A DNA stretch of 63,435 nt, counting the filler. It is 4 parts of 4 records of this genome, joined end to end, with 100 filler letters (N's around TTAATTAATTAA, not from the genome) between each part and the next. Parts side by side here need not be neighbours in the genome. Positions count along the whole stretch, not along the records: positions 10,650 to 32,464 come from SRR31156797_28074; 3 more parts are not named here. One strand, written 5' to 3'. Within the stretch, counting starts at the first letter, position 1, and each line of letters begins with the position of its first letter. Shown here piece by piece: positions 18,672 through 28,556 of the stretch. The position numbers and the translations under genes were made by a program. Below the pieces are notes generated by a model. It was not told the origin of the DNA and made no database searches. It saw only the letters and a program-made list of their open reading frames with translations.

Positions 18672-19415
18672 ATGTTTCACTTTAAAGAAAAGGTAGCCAT
18701 CATTACCGGTGGTGCGGATGGAATTGGAAAATCCACTGCAATTAAATTTGCTGAAGCAGGAGCAATTGTAGCTATCTGGGATATACAAACAGAAAAGGGA
18801 GAAGTCCTTGCAAAATCGATAAACGAAAATGGAGGTACAGCCGAATTTTTCTTTGTTGACACAACCCAATTCAGCGAAGTAGAGGAAGCTACCAAAGAAG
18901 TTTTCACTAAATACCAGACCATTGATTTCCTGATCAATAATGCCGGAATTACCCGTGATGCATCATTCAAAAAAATGACAACCGAACAATGGCAACAAGT
19001 GATTGATGTAAATCTTACAGGCGTTTTTAACTGTACAAAGGCGATTGCCCCCGTGATGTTGGAAAAAGGTTTTGGGAAAATTGTGAATGCATCTTCGGTT
19101 GTGGGGCTTTACGGAAACTTTGGACAAACCAATTATGTGGCCACCAAAGCAGGCATCATCGGGATGACAAAAACATGGGCACGTGAGTTTGGAAGAAAAG
19201 GCATCAATGTAAATGCGGTTGCTCCGGGTTTTACCATGACAGAAATGGTTGCTAAAATGCCTGAAAATGTACTGGAAGGCATGAAGGCAAAAGTTCCGCT
19301 TGGCAGGCTTGCTAAGCCAGAGGAAATGGCAGACGCATACCTGTTTCTGTGTTCAGAATACGCCTCCTACATTAACGGCCACACACTAAGTGTAGATGGC
19401 GGGATGACAGTGTAG
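18672..19415 (+). CDS. FabG/PhaB-like 3-oxoacyl-(ACP/CoA) reductase
   Basis: TGGADGIG, NNAGITRD, GNFGQTNYVATK, VNAVAPGF; start at MFHF. Confidence 0.9.
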   Translation: MFHFKEKVAIITGGADGIGKSTAIKFAEAGAIVAIWDIQTEKGEVLAKSINENGGTAEFFFVDTTQFSEVEEATKEVFTKYQTIDFLINNAGITRDASFKKMTTEQWQQVIDVNLTGVFNCTKAIAPVMLEKGFGKIVNASSVVGLYGNFGQTNYVATKAGIIGMTKTWAREFGRKGINVNAVAPGFTMTEMVAKMPENVLEGMKAKVPLGRLAKPEEMADAYLFLCSEYASYINGHTLSVDGGMTV

Positions 19416-19516
19416 GCAGGATATCCGATGTCAGATATTTGATGTTTGATAATATTTAAAGCGTAATGCACGAATAATTAATTCAACAACAAGTAACCCA
19501 TTAACAAACACCCCCA

Positions 19517-20506
19517 ATGCGAAACGCTATCATTCATTCAACCGGATCATACGTCCCGGAGCGGGTAATCCCCAACAGCTATTTCAACGAACTGCTTGGG
19601 GAAGATGTAGACAGCTGGCTCAGGGAAAATGTTGAAATATTTGAACGCAGGTGGTGCAGCGAAAACGAATCCGTTGCCGACCTGGTCATCCAGGCTGCCA
19701 ATCGGGCTTTAGAAGCCGGAAATGTCAATCCTGAGGAAATCGACCTGTTGATTATCTCCACCGACACACCGGAATACATTTCACCTTCAACAGCATCGAA
19801 GGTTCAGTACAAAATGGGCATGACAAATGCCGGCTCCTTTGATGTAAACACCGCCTGTGCAGGATTCGTTACAGCCCTCGACATGGGGGCCAAATATATC
19901 CGGGGAGACGAAAATTACAATACCGTGATGGTGGTTGGGGCGTATGCCATGAGCAAATACCTCAACATGACCAATAAAAATACGGTAACCCTTTTTGCCG
20001 ATGGTGCCGGAGCTTTCATCCTCAAGGCTGAAGAAAACTCAGACCGCGGATATCTGGCTAGCCAGTTGATCACAAAAGGGCAGTATTACGATTACATGGG
20101 TATTTATGCCGGTGGAACCAATCAGCCTATAACAGATGAAGTGGTGGCAGAAAAAGGACACCTGCTTCGGTTTGTAAAGAAATTCCCCAAAACACTGAAT
20201 GCTGAAATGTGGTCGATGATGAGCCGCACGCTGTGCGACAGGATCGGGATAACCCCTGATGATGTAAACCACTTTTTCCTGACGCAAATCAACATCAACA
20301 GCATAAGGGCCACTATGGACATCCTGGAACAACCGCATGAAAAAGCGCAGACCAGTATGCACTATTATGGTTACACAGGGTCGGCATGTGTGCCGCTGGC
20401 CTTTCAGGACAGGCTGGAAGCCGGAAAAATAAAACGGGGGGATACCATGTTTTTTATCGGTTCGGGTGGAGGATTGGCATTTGCCAGTGCAGCTTTTAGG
20501 TTTTGA
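19517..20506 (+). CDS. Non-canonical ketoacyl synthase III (FabH-fold) enzyme
   Basis: GSYVPERVIPN, NTAC114AGF, LFADGAGA, GSGGGL; FabH His/Asn positions read LT256QIN and GY286TGSA. Confidence 0.9.
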   Translation: MRNAIIHSTGSYVPERVIPNSYFNELLGEDVDSWLRENVEIFERRWCSENESVADLVIQAANRALEAGNVNPEEIDLLIISTDTPEYISPSTASKVQYKMGMTNAGSFDVNTACAGFVTALDMGAKYIRGDENYNTVMVVGAYAMSKYLNMTNKNTVTLFADGAGAFILKAEENSDRGYLASQLITKGQYYDYMGIYAGGTNQPITDEVVAEKGHLLRFVKKFPKTLNAEMWSMMSRTLCDRIGITPDDVNHFFLTQININSIRATMDILEQPHEKAQTSMHYYGYTGSACVPLAFQDRLEAGKIKRGDTMFFIGSGGGLAFASAAFRF

Positions 20507-20690
20507 GCGCAGAACGCAAAGAGCATAGCGCAAAGTGCCAGGCGCAGGAACAGCCGGATTCTTTACGCACCTCAGGATCGTTAAATAAATAGGATGGCAA
20601 AGAATCCACAACGCAAAGCAAATAACTCAGTAACTTTATAACTTAATACCTTCATAACTCATTAACTATTAACAAATAACAAACCTCACT

Positions 20691-22259
20691 TTGGCAACAC
20701 AGGCACAGGTAATAGGAACTTGGATTTTGATCGGGCTTTATGCAGCCCTGATCATTTGGTTTGTGATCAGAGGTGCACTCAAGATCAAGAATATTTCTGA
20801 TTACGCCGTTGGAAACATCAGTTTTTCGCCGGTGGCAGTCGGATTGTCGCTGGCTGCTTCCATGACCAGCGCGGCAACTTTTGTAATCAACCCCGGGTTT
20901 ATCGCCAATTTCGGGCTGGCAGCATTTATTTCCTTTGGTTTGGTGTTTCCGCTGGGAGCCATCATCTCGCTGATCATCCTCACCAAAAACTTCCGCAGGT
21001 ATGGTGAATCAGTGAAAGCACTCACGCTGGCACAGTGGATTGGCAAACGTTACAACAGCAAGGGATATGCACTTTTCATGGCTTTTCTTTCGCTGTTACT
21101 GATCACCTTTATTGTGCTGATCGTGGTTGCCATCACCAAGGTTTTATCCAAGTCACTCAACATTGACGAAGTCTATATCCTTGGCGGATTGATCATTTTT
21201 GTTTTTGGCTACATGATGTTTGGCGGGGCCAACTCGATGGTTTACACCAATACCATCCAGGCGGCCATCATGCTGGTGGTTGCGGTTATTTTACTGACTT
21301 CAGGATTTGAGCATTTCAGTCAGGGTATCAGTGGTTTTTTTGACAAACTTGCGTCTATCGATCCACAGCTTTCAAAATCTACCTACCCGGCAAGTCCCCT
21401 TTTCAGGGATTTTTATGAAATTTTCTTTGCACAGTTTATTGTTGGAATAGCCGTGGTTGTGCAGCCGCATATCATCACCAAATCGCTTTTATTGAAAAAA
21501 GAAAGTGATGTCAACCGTTTCCTGTTGGTTGCCACAATAGTTGAAATTCTCTTTTTCCTGGTTGTTCTAACCGGCTTTTATGCAAGGTTAAAATTCCCTG
21601 ATTTAATTGCGGGCGGAGAGGCTTTGAAAAATGACGGGATTATTCCAGCTTATGTGGTTTCGGTTTTTGCCAACAGCAACCTGGCGGTGTTCATTGGGCT
21701 AATCGTGGTCCTTGGATTGATTTCAGCAGGTATGTCCACACTTGAAGGGTTGATCCAGTCCGTTTCTACAACCATCACATCGGATATCATTCAGCCGCTT
21801 TTTGGTTCAAAAATCCAAACCGAAAGAACCTACATCACGATCAATAAAGTTTCGATTGTCTTGCTGGCCGTCGTCACCTTCTTTGTGGCCATTGAACAAA
21901 TCATCAATCCAAAACTCAGTGTGGCAATCCTGGCACAGAATGGTGTTTACGCCTACTTTTCCGCAGCATTTATTCCGGTGATTTTCGGGATTTTCCTTAA
22001 ACAAACAAAAATGCATGCACCACTTTGGGCAACCATAATCGCCATCATTGTCCATTTTGGAATTTATTACTTTTTACCGTGGCTGGTGAATAATTTTGGC
22101 TGGAATTTTGGATGGTTCACCACCTACTTAAAAGGCACGATCAGAAACCCGGCCATTGCGGCATCATCGGCAATACTGGTTTCATCGGCAGTGGGCATCA
22201 TCATTTATTTACTGGGATCTAAACAAAAATCAAATGCATATAGCAGAAAAACACTATGA
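20691..22259 (+). CDS. Sodium:solute symporter (SSS family)
   Basis: Many TM helices, SAATF, QPHI, ISAGMST; TTG start. Confidence 0.9.
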   Translation: MATQAQVIGTWILIGLYAALIIWFVIRGALKIKNISDYAVGNISFSPVAVGLSLAASMTSAATFVINPGFIANFGLAAFISFGLVFPLGAIISLIILTKNFRRYGESVKALTLAQWIGKRYNSKGYALFMAFLSLLLITFIVLIVVAITKVLSKSLNIDEVYILGGLIIFVFGYMMFGGANSMVYTNTIQAAIMLVVAVILLTSGFEHFSQGISGFFDKLASIDPQLSKSTYPASPLFRDFYEIFFAQFIVGIAVVVQPHIITKSLLLKKESDVNRFLLVATIVEILFFLVVLTGFYARLKFPDLIAGGEALKNDGIIPAYVVSVFANSNLAVFIGLIVVLGLISAGMSTLEGLIQSVSTTITSDIIQPLFGSKIQTERTYITINKVSIVLLAVVTFFVAIEQIINPKLSVAILAQNGVYAYFSAAFIPVIFGIFLKQTKMHAPLWATIIAIIVHFGIYYFLPWLVNNFGWNFGWFTTYLKGTIRNPAIAASSAILVSSAVGIIIYLLGSKQKSNAYSRKTL

Positions 22260-23767
22260 ATACTTTCGACTGGTTTGAAAAATGGGCTACCTACAATCCG
22301 TTTAAAACTGCTTTCAAGGAGTTTGAAACCGGCCGACAATACAGTTATTCCCAGTTTGACAAACTTGGAAACCACCTGGCCGGAATCCTGAAAAATGAAC
22401 ATGGATTAACCAAAGGCGACCGGCTTGCGGTAATCTCCGAGTATTGCATCGAGTACATCGTGTTGTTTGCAGTAGCCCAGAAAACCGGGATTATACTCGT
22501 CCCGCTGAATTTTCGCCTGAGCCCGTCCGAACTTGATTTCATCATCGGTAATGCGGATGTAAAGAGCATTGTTTACGATGAAAAATTCCTGGAAAAGATC
22601 AGTGAACTTAAATCTTTCAAAGCGATTTCACTGAAAATGTCGATGGATGAGTTGGCACAATTGAACGATTCATGCATCAGGGAAAACAAAATCTACAAAC
22701 CTGCAAAAGCCATCCTTCAACCTGAAGATCCGCTGTTCATCCTTTATACTTCCGGCACAACCGCTTTTCCAAAAGGTGCCATTTACACACACAAAATGCT
22801 TTTCTGGAACAGCATCAACACCGAATTGCGCCTGAATATTACCTCACAGGATGTATCGCTGAATTGTGCCCCACCCTTCCACACCGGGGGCTGGAATGTA
22901 TTGTTAACCCCTTTTATACATCACGGGGCCTACACCCAACTCATAAAAAGTTTTGATCCCGACCTGGTACTCGAAATGCTCGATCTGGAACATGCTACAT
23001 TATGGTGGGCCGTACCCACGATGCTAAAAATGATGGCAGAATCACCAATATTTGATAAAGTAAAACTTAGCCGGCTCAGGTACCTGATCGTTGGCGGCGA
23101 AGCCATGCCGGTTCCGCTCATCGAAAAATGGCACGAAAAGGGTGTACTGATTCGTCAGGGTTATGGCCTCACCGAAGTTGGGCCAAATGTTACATCCCTT
23201 GACCACCAGGATGCCACACGCAAAAAGGGCTCAATCGGTACCCTGAATTTTTATTACGATGCGAAACTCGTAGATGAAAAAAATAACGAAGTTGACAGCG
23301 GTGAAGCCGGTGAATTTATACTTTCAGGGCCAACCGTTACGCCTGGTTACTGGCGAAATAAAAAGGAAACTGTTAACACGATTGTAGATGGTTGGTTCCA
23401 CACCGGCGACCTGATGATCAAGGATAAAGATGGTTTTTATTTTGTAGTTGACCGTATTAAAAACATGTACATTTCAGGTGGTGAAAATGTGTATCCCGCC
23501 GAGGTAGAGCATATCATTTCGAAACACCCATACGTTAACGATGTTGCCATAGTGGGTGTGCCGGATGAAAAATGGGGAGAAACAGGGAAGGCTTTCATTG
23601 TTTTGGAACCCGGCACATCACTTACCGAAAAAGAAATAATTGATTATTGCCTGGCAAAACTGGCTAAGTACAAAGTTCCGAAACACATTGAATTTATGGA
23701 AGAATTACCACACAATGATGCCGGAAAAATTGACAGAAAAAAACTCAAAAAAATAGAACTAAAATGA
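22256..23767 (+). CDS. Acyl-CoA synthetase (AMP-binding, FadD/MenE-like)
   Basis: YTSGTTAFPKG, GYGLTE, WFHTGD, ISGGENVYPAEVE, AGKID; ATG overlaps the SSS stop. Confidence 0.93.
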   Translation: MNTFDWFEKWATYNPFKTAFKEFETGRQYSYSQFDKLGNHLAGILKNEHGLTKGDRLAVISEYCIEYIVLFAVAQKTGIILVPLNFRLSPSELDFIIGNADVKSIVYDEKFLEKISELKSFKAISLKMSMDELAQLNDSCIRENKIYKPAKAILQPEDPLFILYTSGTTAFPKGAIYTHKMLFWNSINTELRLNITSQDVSLNCAPPFHTGGWNVLLTPFIHHGAYTQLIKSFDPDLVLEMLDLEHATLWWAVPTMLKMMAESPIFDKVKLSRLRYLIVGGEAMPVPLIEKWHEKGVLIRQGYGLTEVGPNVTSLDHQDATRKKGSIGTLNFYYDAKLVDEKNNEVDSGEAGEFILSGPTVTPGYWRNKKETVNTIVDGWFHTGDLMIKDKDGFYFVVDRIKNMYISGGENVYPAEVEHIISKHPYVNDVAIVGVPDEKWGETGKAFIVLEPGTSLTEKEIIDYCLAKLAKYKVPKHIEFMEELPHNDAGKIDRKKLKKIELK

Positions 23768-23854
23768 TATTGCCTGACACATTTTTGATACGTATTTTTG
23801 TATAATAACATATTCACTAAACTTCAATATTTATAAATCAAAACTTTTAAAATT

Positions 23855-24685
23855 ATGAGAACAGTAAAATTGTTAACACTGCTAATTGCAGCTTTCACAC
23901 TTACATTCGTTGCCTGTAATGACGACGATGACGACAACCCATCCCTGGCTGTAGAAATTACCGACATCCAGATCTCGGATGACAACCAAACCGTAACGAT
24001 TACTTTTAACCAGGCTGTTTACAAAAACAACGACATGACAGGTAACATAGATGCCAACAGCTTTGCCCTTACATTCGTAGCCACAAACCCGGTAAATGCG
24101 CAATTTTCGGCTGCACACACTGCCGGTGAAGAGGTGGTAACCCTGACCATCGTTTACAACGACCGCGTTGACGGCAACGAAGTACTTGATGTAACTGCAA
24201 AATCAGGAACATTCTTCGGTGCTGAGGGCAATAGCGTGGATGCTGACCTTACTGAATCAGTTGAAGTAAACGAACTTGGAATTATCGGCAAATGGTCAGC
24301 TTACGACATTTCCTTCATTCTGCAATCAACCGGTTTCGATGATTCATTGTTTGCCAATTTCTATGCTGACCAAAGCTATATGGTAACTGCCTTCCAGGGC
24401 GGAACTGCCATTGCTTTTGAAGGCTCCTATGAAATGGAAAAAAGCGAGTTTGACGATATCTGGGATATTACACTAAACCAGTCCTCACCATCAGCACTGA
24501 TCAGTGAGGGTATCTTTAAGGTATTCCCGGCTGCTCAGGACTCGATGTGGTACGAGGTTGCCCAGGTTGACCCTGCTATTGCCGGCGTTACGCCTCCAAC
24601 AGCTGAACAAGGCTTTGGAAGTACCAGTAGCGGCGCATTTGGTACAGGCAACGTTCAGAAGTATTATTGGGTAGGACAAGAATAA
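23855..24685 (+). CDS. Acidic surface lipoprotein (Ig-like plus beta-rich domain)
   Basis: Lipobox FVAC followed by NDDDDD; TATTTTTG promoter-like element at 23793-23800. Confidence 0.8.
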   Translation: MRTVKLLTLLIAAFTLTFVACNDDDDDNPSLAVEITDIQISDDNQTVTITFNQAVYKNNDMTGNIDANSFALTFVATNPVNAQFSAAHTAGEEVVTLTIVYNDRVDGNEVLDVTAKSGTFFGAEGNSVDADLTESVEVNELGIIGKWSAYDISFILQSTGFDDSLFANFYADQSYMVTAFQGGTAIAFEGSYEMEKSEFDDIWDITLNQSSPSALISEGIFKVFPAAQDSMWYEVAQVDPAIAGVTPPTAEQGFGSTSSGAFGTGNVQKYYWVGQE

Positions 24686-24699
24686 AGTAATTTGAATTC

Positions 24700-24732
24700 A
24701 TACGGGCAGGCCTGTCGCCTGCCTGTATTTTT
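24700..24732 (+). terminator. Intra-cluster hairpin with U tract
   Basis: ATACGGGCAGGC-CTGTC-GCCTGCCTGTAT-TTTT. Confidence 0.6.
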
Positions 24733-24756
24733 CAATTTCCAACCAAATTCAATATT

Positions 24757-26373
24757 ATGAAACACATTTTACGATTCATCTTTCCGGTAACCCTTTTCCT
24801 GTTTTGTACCTTTGGTAGCCTGGCACAGGATCTGAATTCAAGCATGACGAGTAATTACGTCAGCTATTTTGAGAAACAGGTTCCGCGAAAAGCAAACAAG
24901 GAATTTCAGTTCATCGCCTATTTCATAAACCAGGGTGTGAGTTCCAATTTTTATCCTGAAAATGTGTTCATGAAAGGCCAGGTAATTGGCCGTTTATTTG
25001 GCGACAATACCACGCGGACCAGCGACACGGCTACCAATTTTTATTTCGAGCAACGGATCATTCCTTTTTTCATTTACCAACCCAAGCTTTTTAACGGTAA
25101 AGCCACTTTGCGGGCCTCCTTTGAGATCGATTGGACATGGGGTGATCAGTCATACGGAACCGGCGGAAACCTGGGTGGTGCCATATCATCCGACCAGGTG
25201 AACCTGCAAACGCAAAACATTGTGGTAGAATACAGGCCTGCTCCGGGGTGGTTTATCAACCTTGGAATGCAGCGGCTATTCGACACACCTTACGACACTT
25301 ACCGCACATTTTTTGATAAAATGGCTACCACTGGTTATCGCCTTGCTTATTGGGGTACCGATGCCGTTGGTATCCGGATTCACAGGGCCAAGGACTTTTC
25401 AAGATGGACTTTCGGCTATTTCCAGCTTTATGAAAACAACATTGAAGAAAACGACGATGTTACCCTGCAATTTGCCTCATATGAAGGTGACCTTACACCT
25501 CTCTGGAAAATTGGTGGTTCGGTGTATTACCTGCGAGATCGCGGAAACGGCGAGGGCGGCATCTCAATTTATGGACAGGGTCTCAACAGCCGGCTAACCC
25601 AATACAACGGAACTTTCAGGTTTAATTTCGAGGACGATTACAAAGCTGATATTGTATGGCTGGGATCGTTCTTTAGCAGAAATGCTGATTTTATGATGGA
25701 CAGGTTCAGGCTTACCGGGTTTGCCAATTACAACATCGGAAAAGCAAAAGTTAAAAGTGGCAACAGCTTTACCACAGGAGCCGACATTGGCGGCCTTGGA
25801 GCAAACTTTCGTTTGGGTTATCGCTACGGACAAACCACAGATGATGTTTTTAGTGCCGGCGTGATATTCGCCACCGGCGATGATAATAAACTGGATGATA
25901 AAAAATACTCCGGCGTAATAACGGGCAACACCTGGGGGGCACCTGCAGGAATTTACATTACTTCCGGCAGCTACATTCTTTTCCCACATGGAAATGTTGT
26001 TAACCGTTTTACCCCGCTGGTTGCTGACCTTTCCAATATGGGCTATGGCCTTCTGGGAGGTGCCGTTAATGCCAGCCATGCCATTGTACCTTACAGACTT
26101 ACCGGAAAAATTGGAACTGCATGGGCCAAAAGCAACGTTAAACCATCAGGCGGAGGAACCAGTATGGGACTTGAAATGAACGCTTCCCTGAGCTACCAGA
26201 TTGGTGTTTATATGAGCCTTGAAATGCACGGTGCTTATGTTTGGTTGGGCGATTTTTACGATAGCAACGACAATTCCTACAGTTATTACGTAAATGGAAA
26301 CACTGAACCCGGACTCCCCAAACCATCCAACCCATGGACTGCTTTCCTGGTTTTTAAATGGCTGATGTTTTAA
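24757..26373 (+). CDS. Putative outer-membrane beta-barrel (porin-like) protein
   Basis: Signal peptide (SLA-Q), amphipathic aromatic/Gly-rich strands, C-terminal FKWLMF; 538 aa, no obvious TonB plug. Confidence 0.75.
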   Translation: MKHILRFIFPVTLFLFCTFGSLAQDLNSSMTSNYVSYFEKQVPRKANKEFQFIAYFINQGVSSNFYPENVFMKGQVIGRLFGDNTTRTSDTATNFYFEQRIIPFFIYQPKLFNGKATLRASFEIDWTWGDQSYGTGGNLGGAISSDQVNLQTQNIVVEYRPAPGWFINLGMQRLFDTPYDTYRTFFDKMATTGYRLAYWGTDAVGIRIHRAKDFSRWTFGYFQLYENNIEENDDVTLQFASYEGDLTPLWKIGGSVYYLRDRGNGEGGISIYGQGLNSRLTQYNGTFRFNFEDDYKADIVWLGSFFSRNADFMMDRFRLTGFANYNIGKAKVKSGNSFTTGADIGGLGANFRLGYRYGQTTDDVFSAGVIFATGDDNKLDDKKYSGVITGNTWGAPAGIYITSGSYILFPHGNVVNRFTPLVADLSNMGYGLLGGAVNASHAIVPYRLTGKIGTAWAKSNVKPSGGGTSMGLEMNASLSYQIGVYMSLEMHGAYVWLGDFYDSNDNSYSYYVNGNTEPGLPKPSNPWTAFLVFKWLMF

Positions 26374-26385
26374 CCCTTTAAAGTA

Positions 26386-27387
26386 ATGATGATGAAAAAC
26401 ACAATTAAAAAAAATTCATTTGCACCAGTCTTGTTTCTCACACTGGTTGTATTTTTATTAAACATCAACATGAGCCACTCCCAAAACAGCCTGAATCCTT
26501 ACCGGGATACACCACCATTAAAATCGATGCGCGATCTGCAATACCCTTTTGAAGTTAAATATCTGCAGGTGAATGATGACATCAACCTGGCCTATGTTGA
26601 TGAAGGAAGCGGCGACCAGACCATCATTTTCATTCACGGATTGGGCAGTTACCTCAAAGCATGGCACAAAAACATCAATGGCTTAAAAGACAAATATCGT
26701 TGCATAGCCATCGACCTGCCGGGATATGGGAAATCTTCCAAGAAGCCACATACAGGCCAAATGTCGTTTTATGCTAAAGTAGTAAGCCAGTTTATTGATC
26801 AGTTGAAACTGGAAAACGTTGTGTTGGCCGGCCATTCCATGGGTGGACAAATCTCCATGATGGCAGCGATAAATTATCCGGATAAAATCTATAAACTAAT
26901 ACTGGCCGACCCTGCAGGATTTGAATCGTTTACAGAAGGCCAGAAGCAGTGGTTCCGCGATGTAATGACCACTGATGGCGTGATGAAAACAACGGTAGAA
27001 CAAATCCAGACCAACCTGGCTTATAATTTTTACAATGTACCTGATGACGCAGAGTTTATGATTACGGATCGCATTGCCATGCGCTTTGCTGGCGATTTCG
27101 AAAACTATTGCTACAATGTTGTTCAGTCGGTTCACGGTATGGTGGATGAACCTGTGATCGACATCCTGGATCAGATCAAACAGCCTACACTGATTATTTT
27201 TGGGGAAAATGACAACCTGATCCCAAACCGGTTTTTAAATCCTGGGAAAACGATAAACATTGCCAAAATCGGGGATGAGGAAATTCCGAACAGTAAGTTG
27301 GTAATCATTCCAAAGGCAGGGCACTTTGTACAATTCGAAAAATCCGAGGAATTTAATCAAGCAGTTGAGTCATTTTTAGGTAAGTAA
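26386..27387 (+). CDS. Exported alpha/beta hydrolase (esterase-like)
   Basis: Signal peptide, FIHGLG, DLPGYGKS, GHSMGG, GENDNL, AGHF. Confidence 0.9.
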   Translation: MMMKNTIKKNSFAPVLFLTLVVFLLNINMSHSQNSLNPYRDTPPLKSMRDLQYPFEVKYLQVNDDINLAYVDEGSGDQTIIFIHGLGSYLKAWHKNINGLKDKYRCIAIDLPGYGKSSKKPHTGQMSFYAKVVSQFIDQLKLENVVLAGHSMGGQISMMAAINYPDKIYKLILADPAGFESFTEGQKQWFRDVMTTDGVMKTTVEQIQTNLAYNFYNVPDDAEFMITDRIAMRFAGDFENYCYNVVQSVHGMVDEPVIDILDQIKQPTLIIFGENDNLIPNRFLNPGKTINIAKIGDEEIPNSKLVIIPKAGHFVQFEKSEEFNQAVESFLGK

Positions 27388-27412
27388 ATTTAATCTGCCC
27401 AATTGTCACTCA

Positions 27413-28357
27413 CTAAAACAGTGAAAACTTAACATACTTTTTGGGATTGGCCTGGATGTCTTCCAGCAACTTTCGGAGTGCTGATGTGGAATTTTCCAGT
27501 TCGATATACAGGCTGTCGTTGGTCATAAGCTGGCCCAATGTGCCCTCCCCGTTGTTTACTTTATCCGTAATTGCATTTAGCTTGGCTACGGCATTCCTGG
27601 CCTCACGCATGGTTTCAGGAATTCCGGCATTGTTTAATGAATCGCTCAATGCAGCAAAGTTGTTCAGGATCGTTGTGATATTCTCATTATTATCTTTCAG
27701 ATTGCCCGAAATCGACTCAAGGTTGGCCATGATGGTTTTAACCCGCGGCTGGCCTTCCGTGAGGATGTTATCAATTCTTGATGTGGCATCCTCGGCATTG
27801 GAGAGGGTATTTTTAATCTTCTCAATGGTATTGGAGAGATTGTCCCGCGTATCTTCATCAAACACCGATTGAATATCTGTCATGGTTGAATCTATAGAAC
27901 TGATCAATGCCAGCGCCTTTCGCTTGAGAGGTTCTACCTGTTCGTTCACCTGCGACATGAGGCTTTGTTCGAGCTGTGCCGTGATGGTGTCATAATTTTC
28001 GGTATAATCCGGTGAATCACCAAAAATAATTTCAATCGCTTTGGTTCCCAAAAGGTCGGTGCCTTTGATGAGTGCGATGGAATTATCAGGAATATCAACA
28101 TCATTCTGTATGTATAATTCCACGAGGATCGTCGAGGTTCCCGGGATAAAGTCGAGCCTGTTAACCTTTCCGATGTTCAGCCCGTTGATCAGCACCTTGT
28201 TATCTTTCTCCAATCCATCAACCCGATCATAAACTGCATATAAAAACCTTTTACTCGAAAGGATATCAGTACCTTTCAGCAGGTTAATGCCCCAAATAAA
28301 CATGGCGATCGCAGCAATAAATACAAATCCAACTTTAAATTCTTTTGATATTTTCAA
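27413..28357 (-). CDS. MlaD/MCE family protein
   Basis: KEFKVG TM anchor, VLINGLNIGKV, LLGTKAI, GTLGQL, NPKKYVKFSLF. Confidence 0.9.
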   Translation of the reverse strand: MKISKEFKVGFVFIAAIAMFIWGINLLKGTDILSSKRFLYAVYDRVDGLEKDNKVLINGLNIGKVNRLDFIPGTSTILVELYIQNDVDIPDNSIALIKGTDLLGTKAIEIIFGDSPDYTENYDTITAQLEQSLMSQVNEQVEPLKRKALALISSIDSTMTDIQSVFDEDTRDNLSNTIEKIKNTLSNAEDATSRIDNILTEGQPRVKTIMANLESISGNLKDNNENITTILNNFAALSDSLNNAGIPETMREARNAVAKLNAITDKVNNGEGTLGQLMTNDSLYIELENSTSALRKLLEDIQANPKKYVKFSLF

Positions 28358-28556
28358 AACCCGGCGTTTTTGTGATTAAACAAAACTACTACAAATTTGG
28401 TGAAACCAATAACTTAGGTTTTACATAACAAAAATATGGTTACCCATTATCAACGATAAAACATCCGAATGCGTGTCTGGTTCTTAAAATTTTGCATGTT
28501 CCATCCTGCTTGATTTTTTTTAATCTGGAATACATACCATCGAATTTCGAAAAGTT

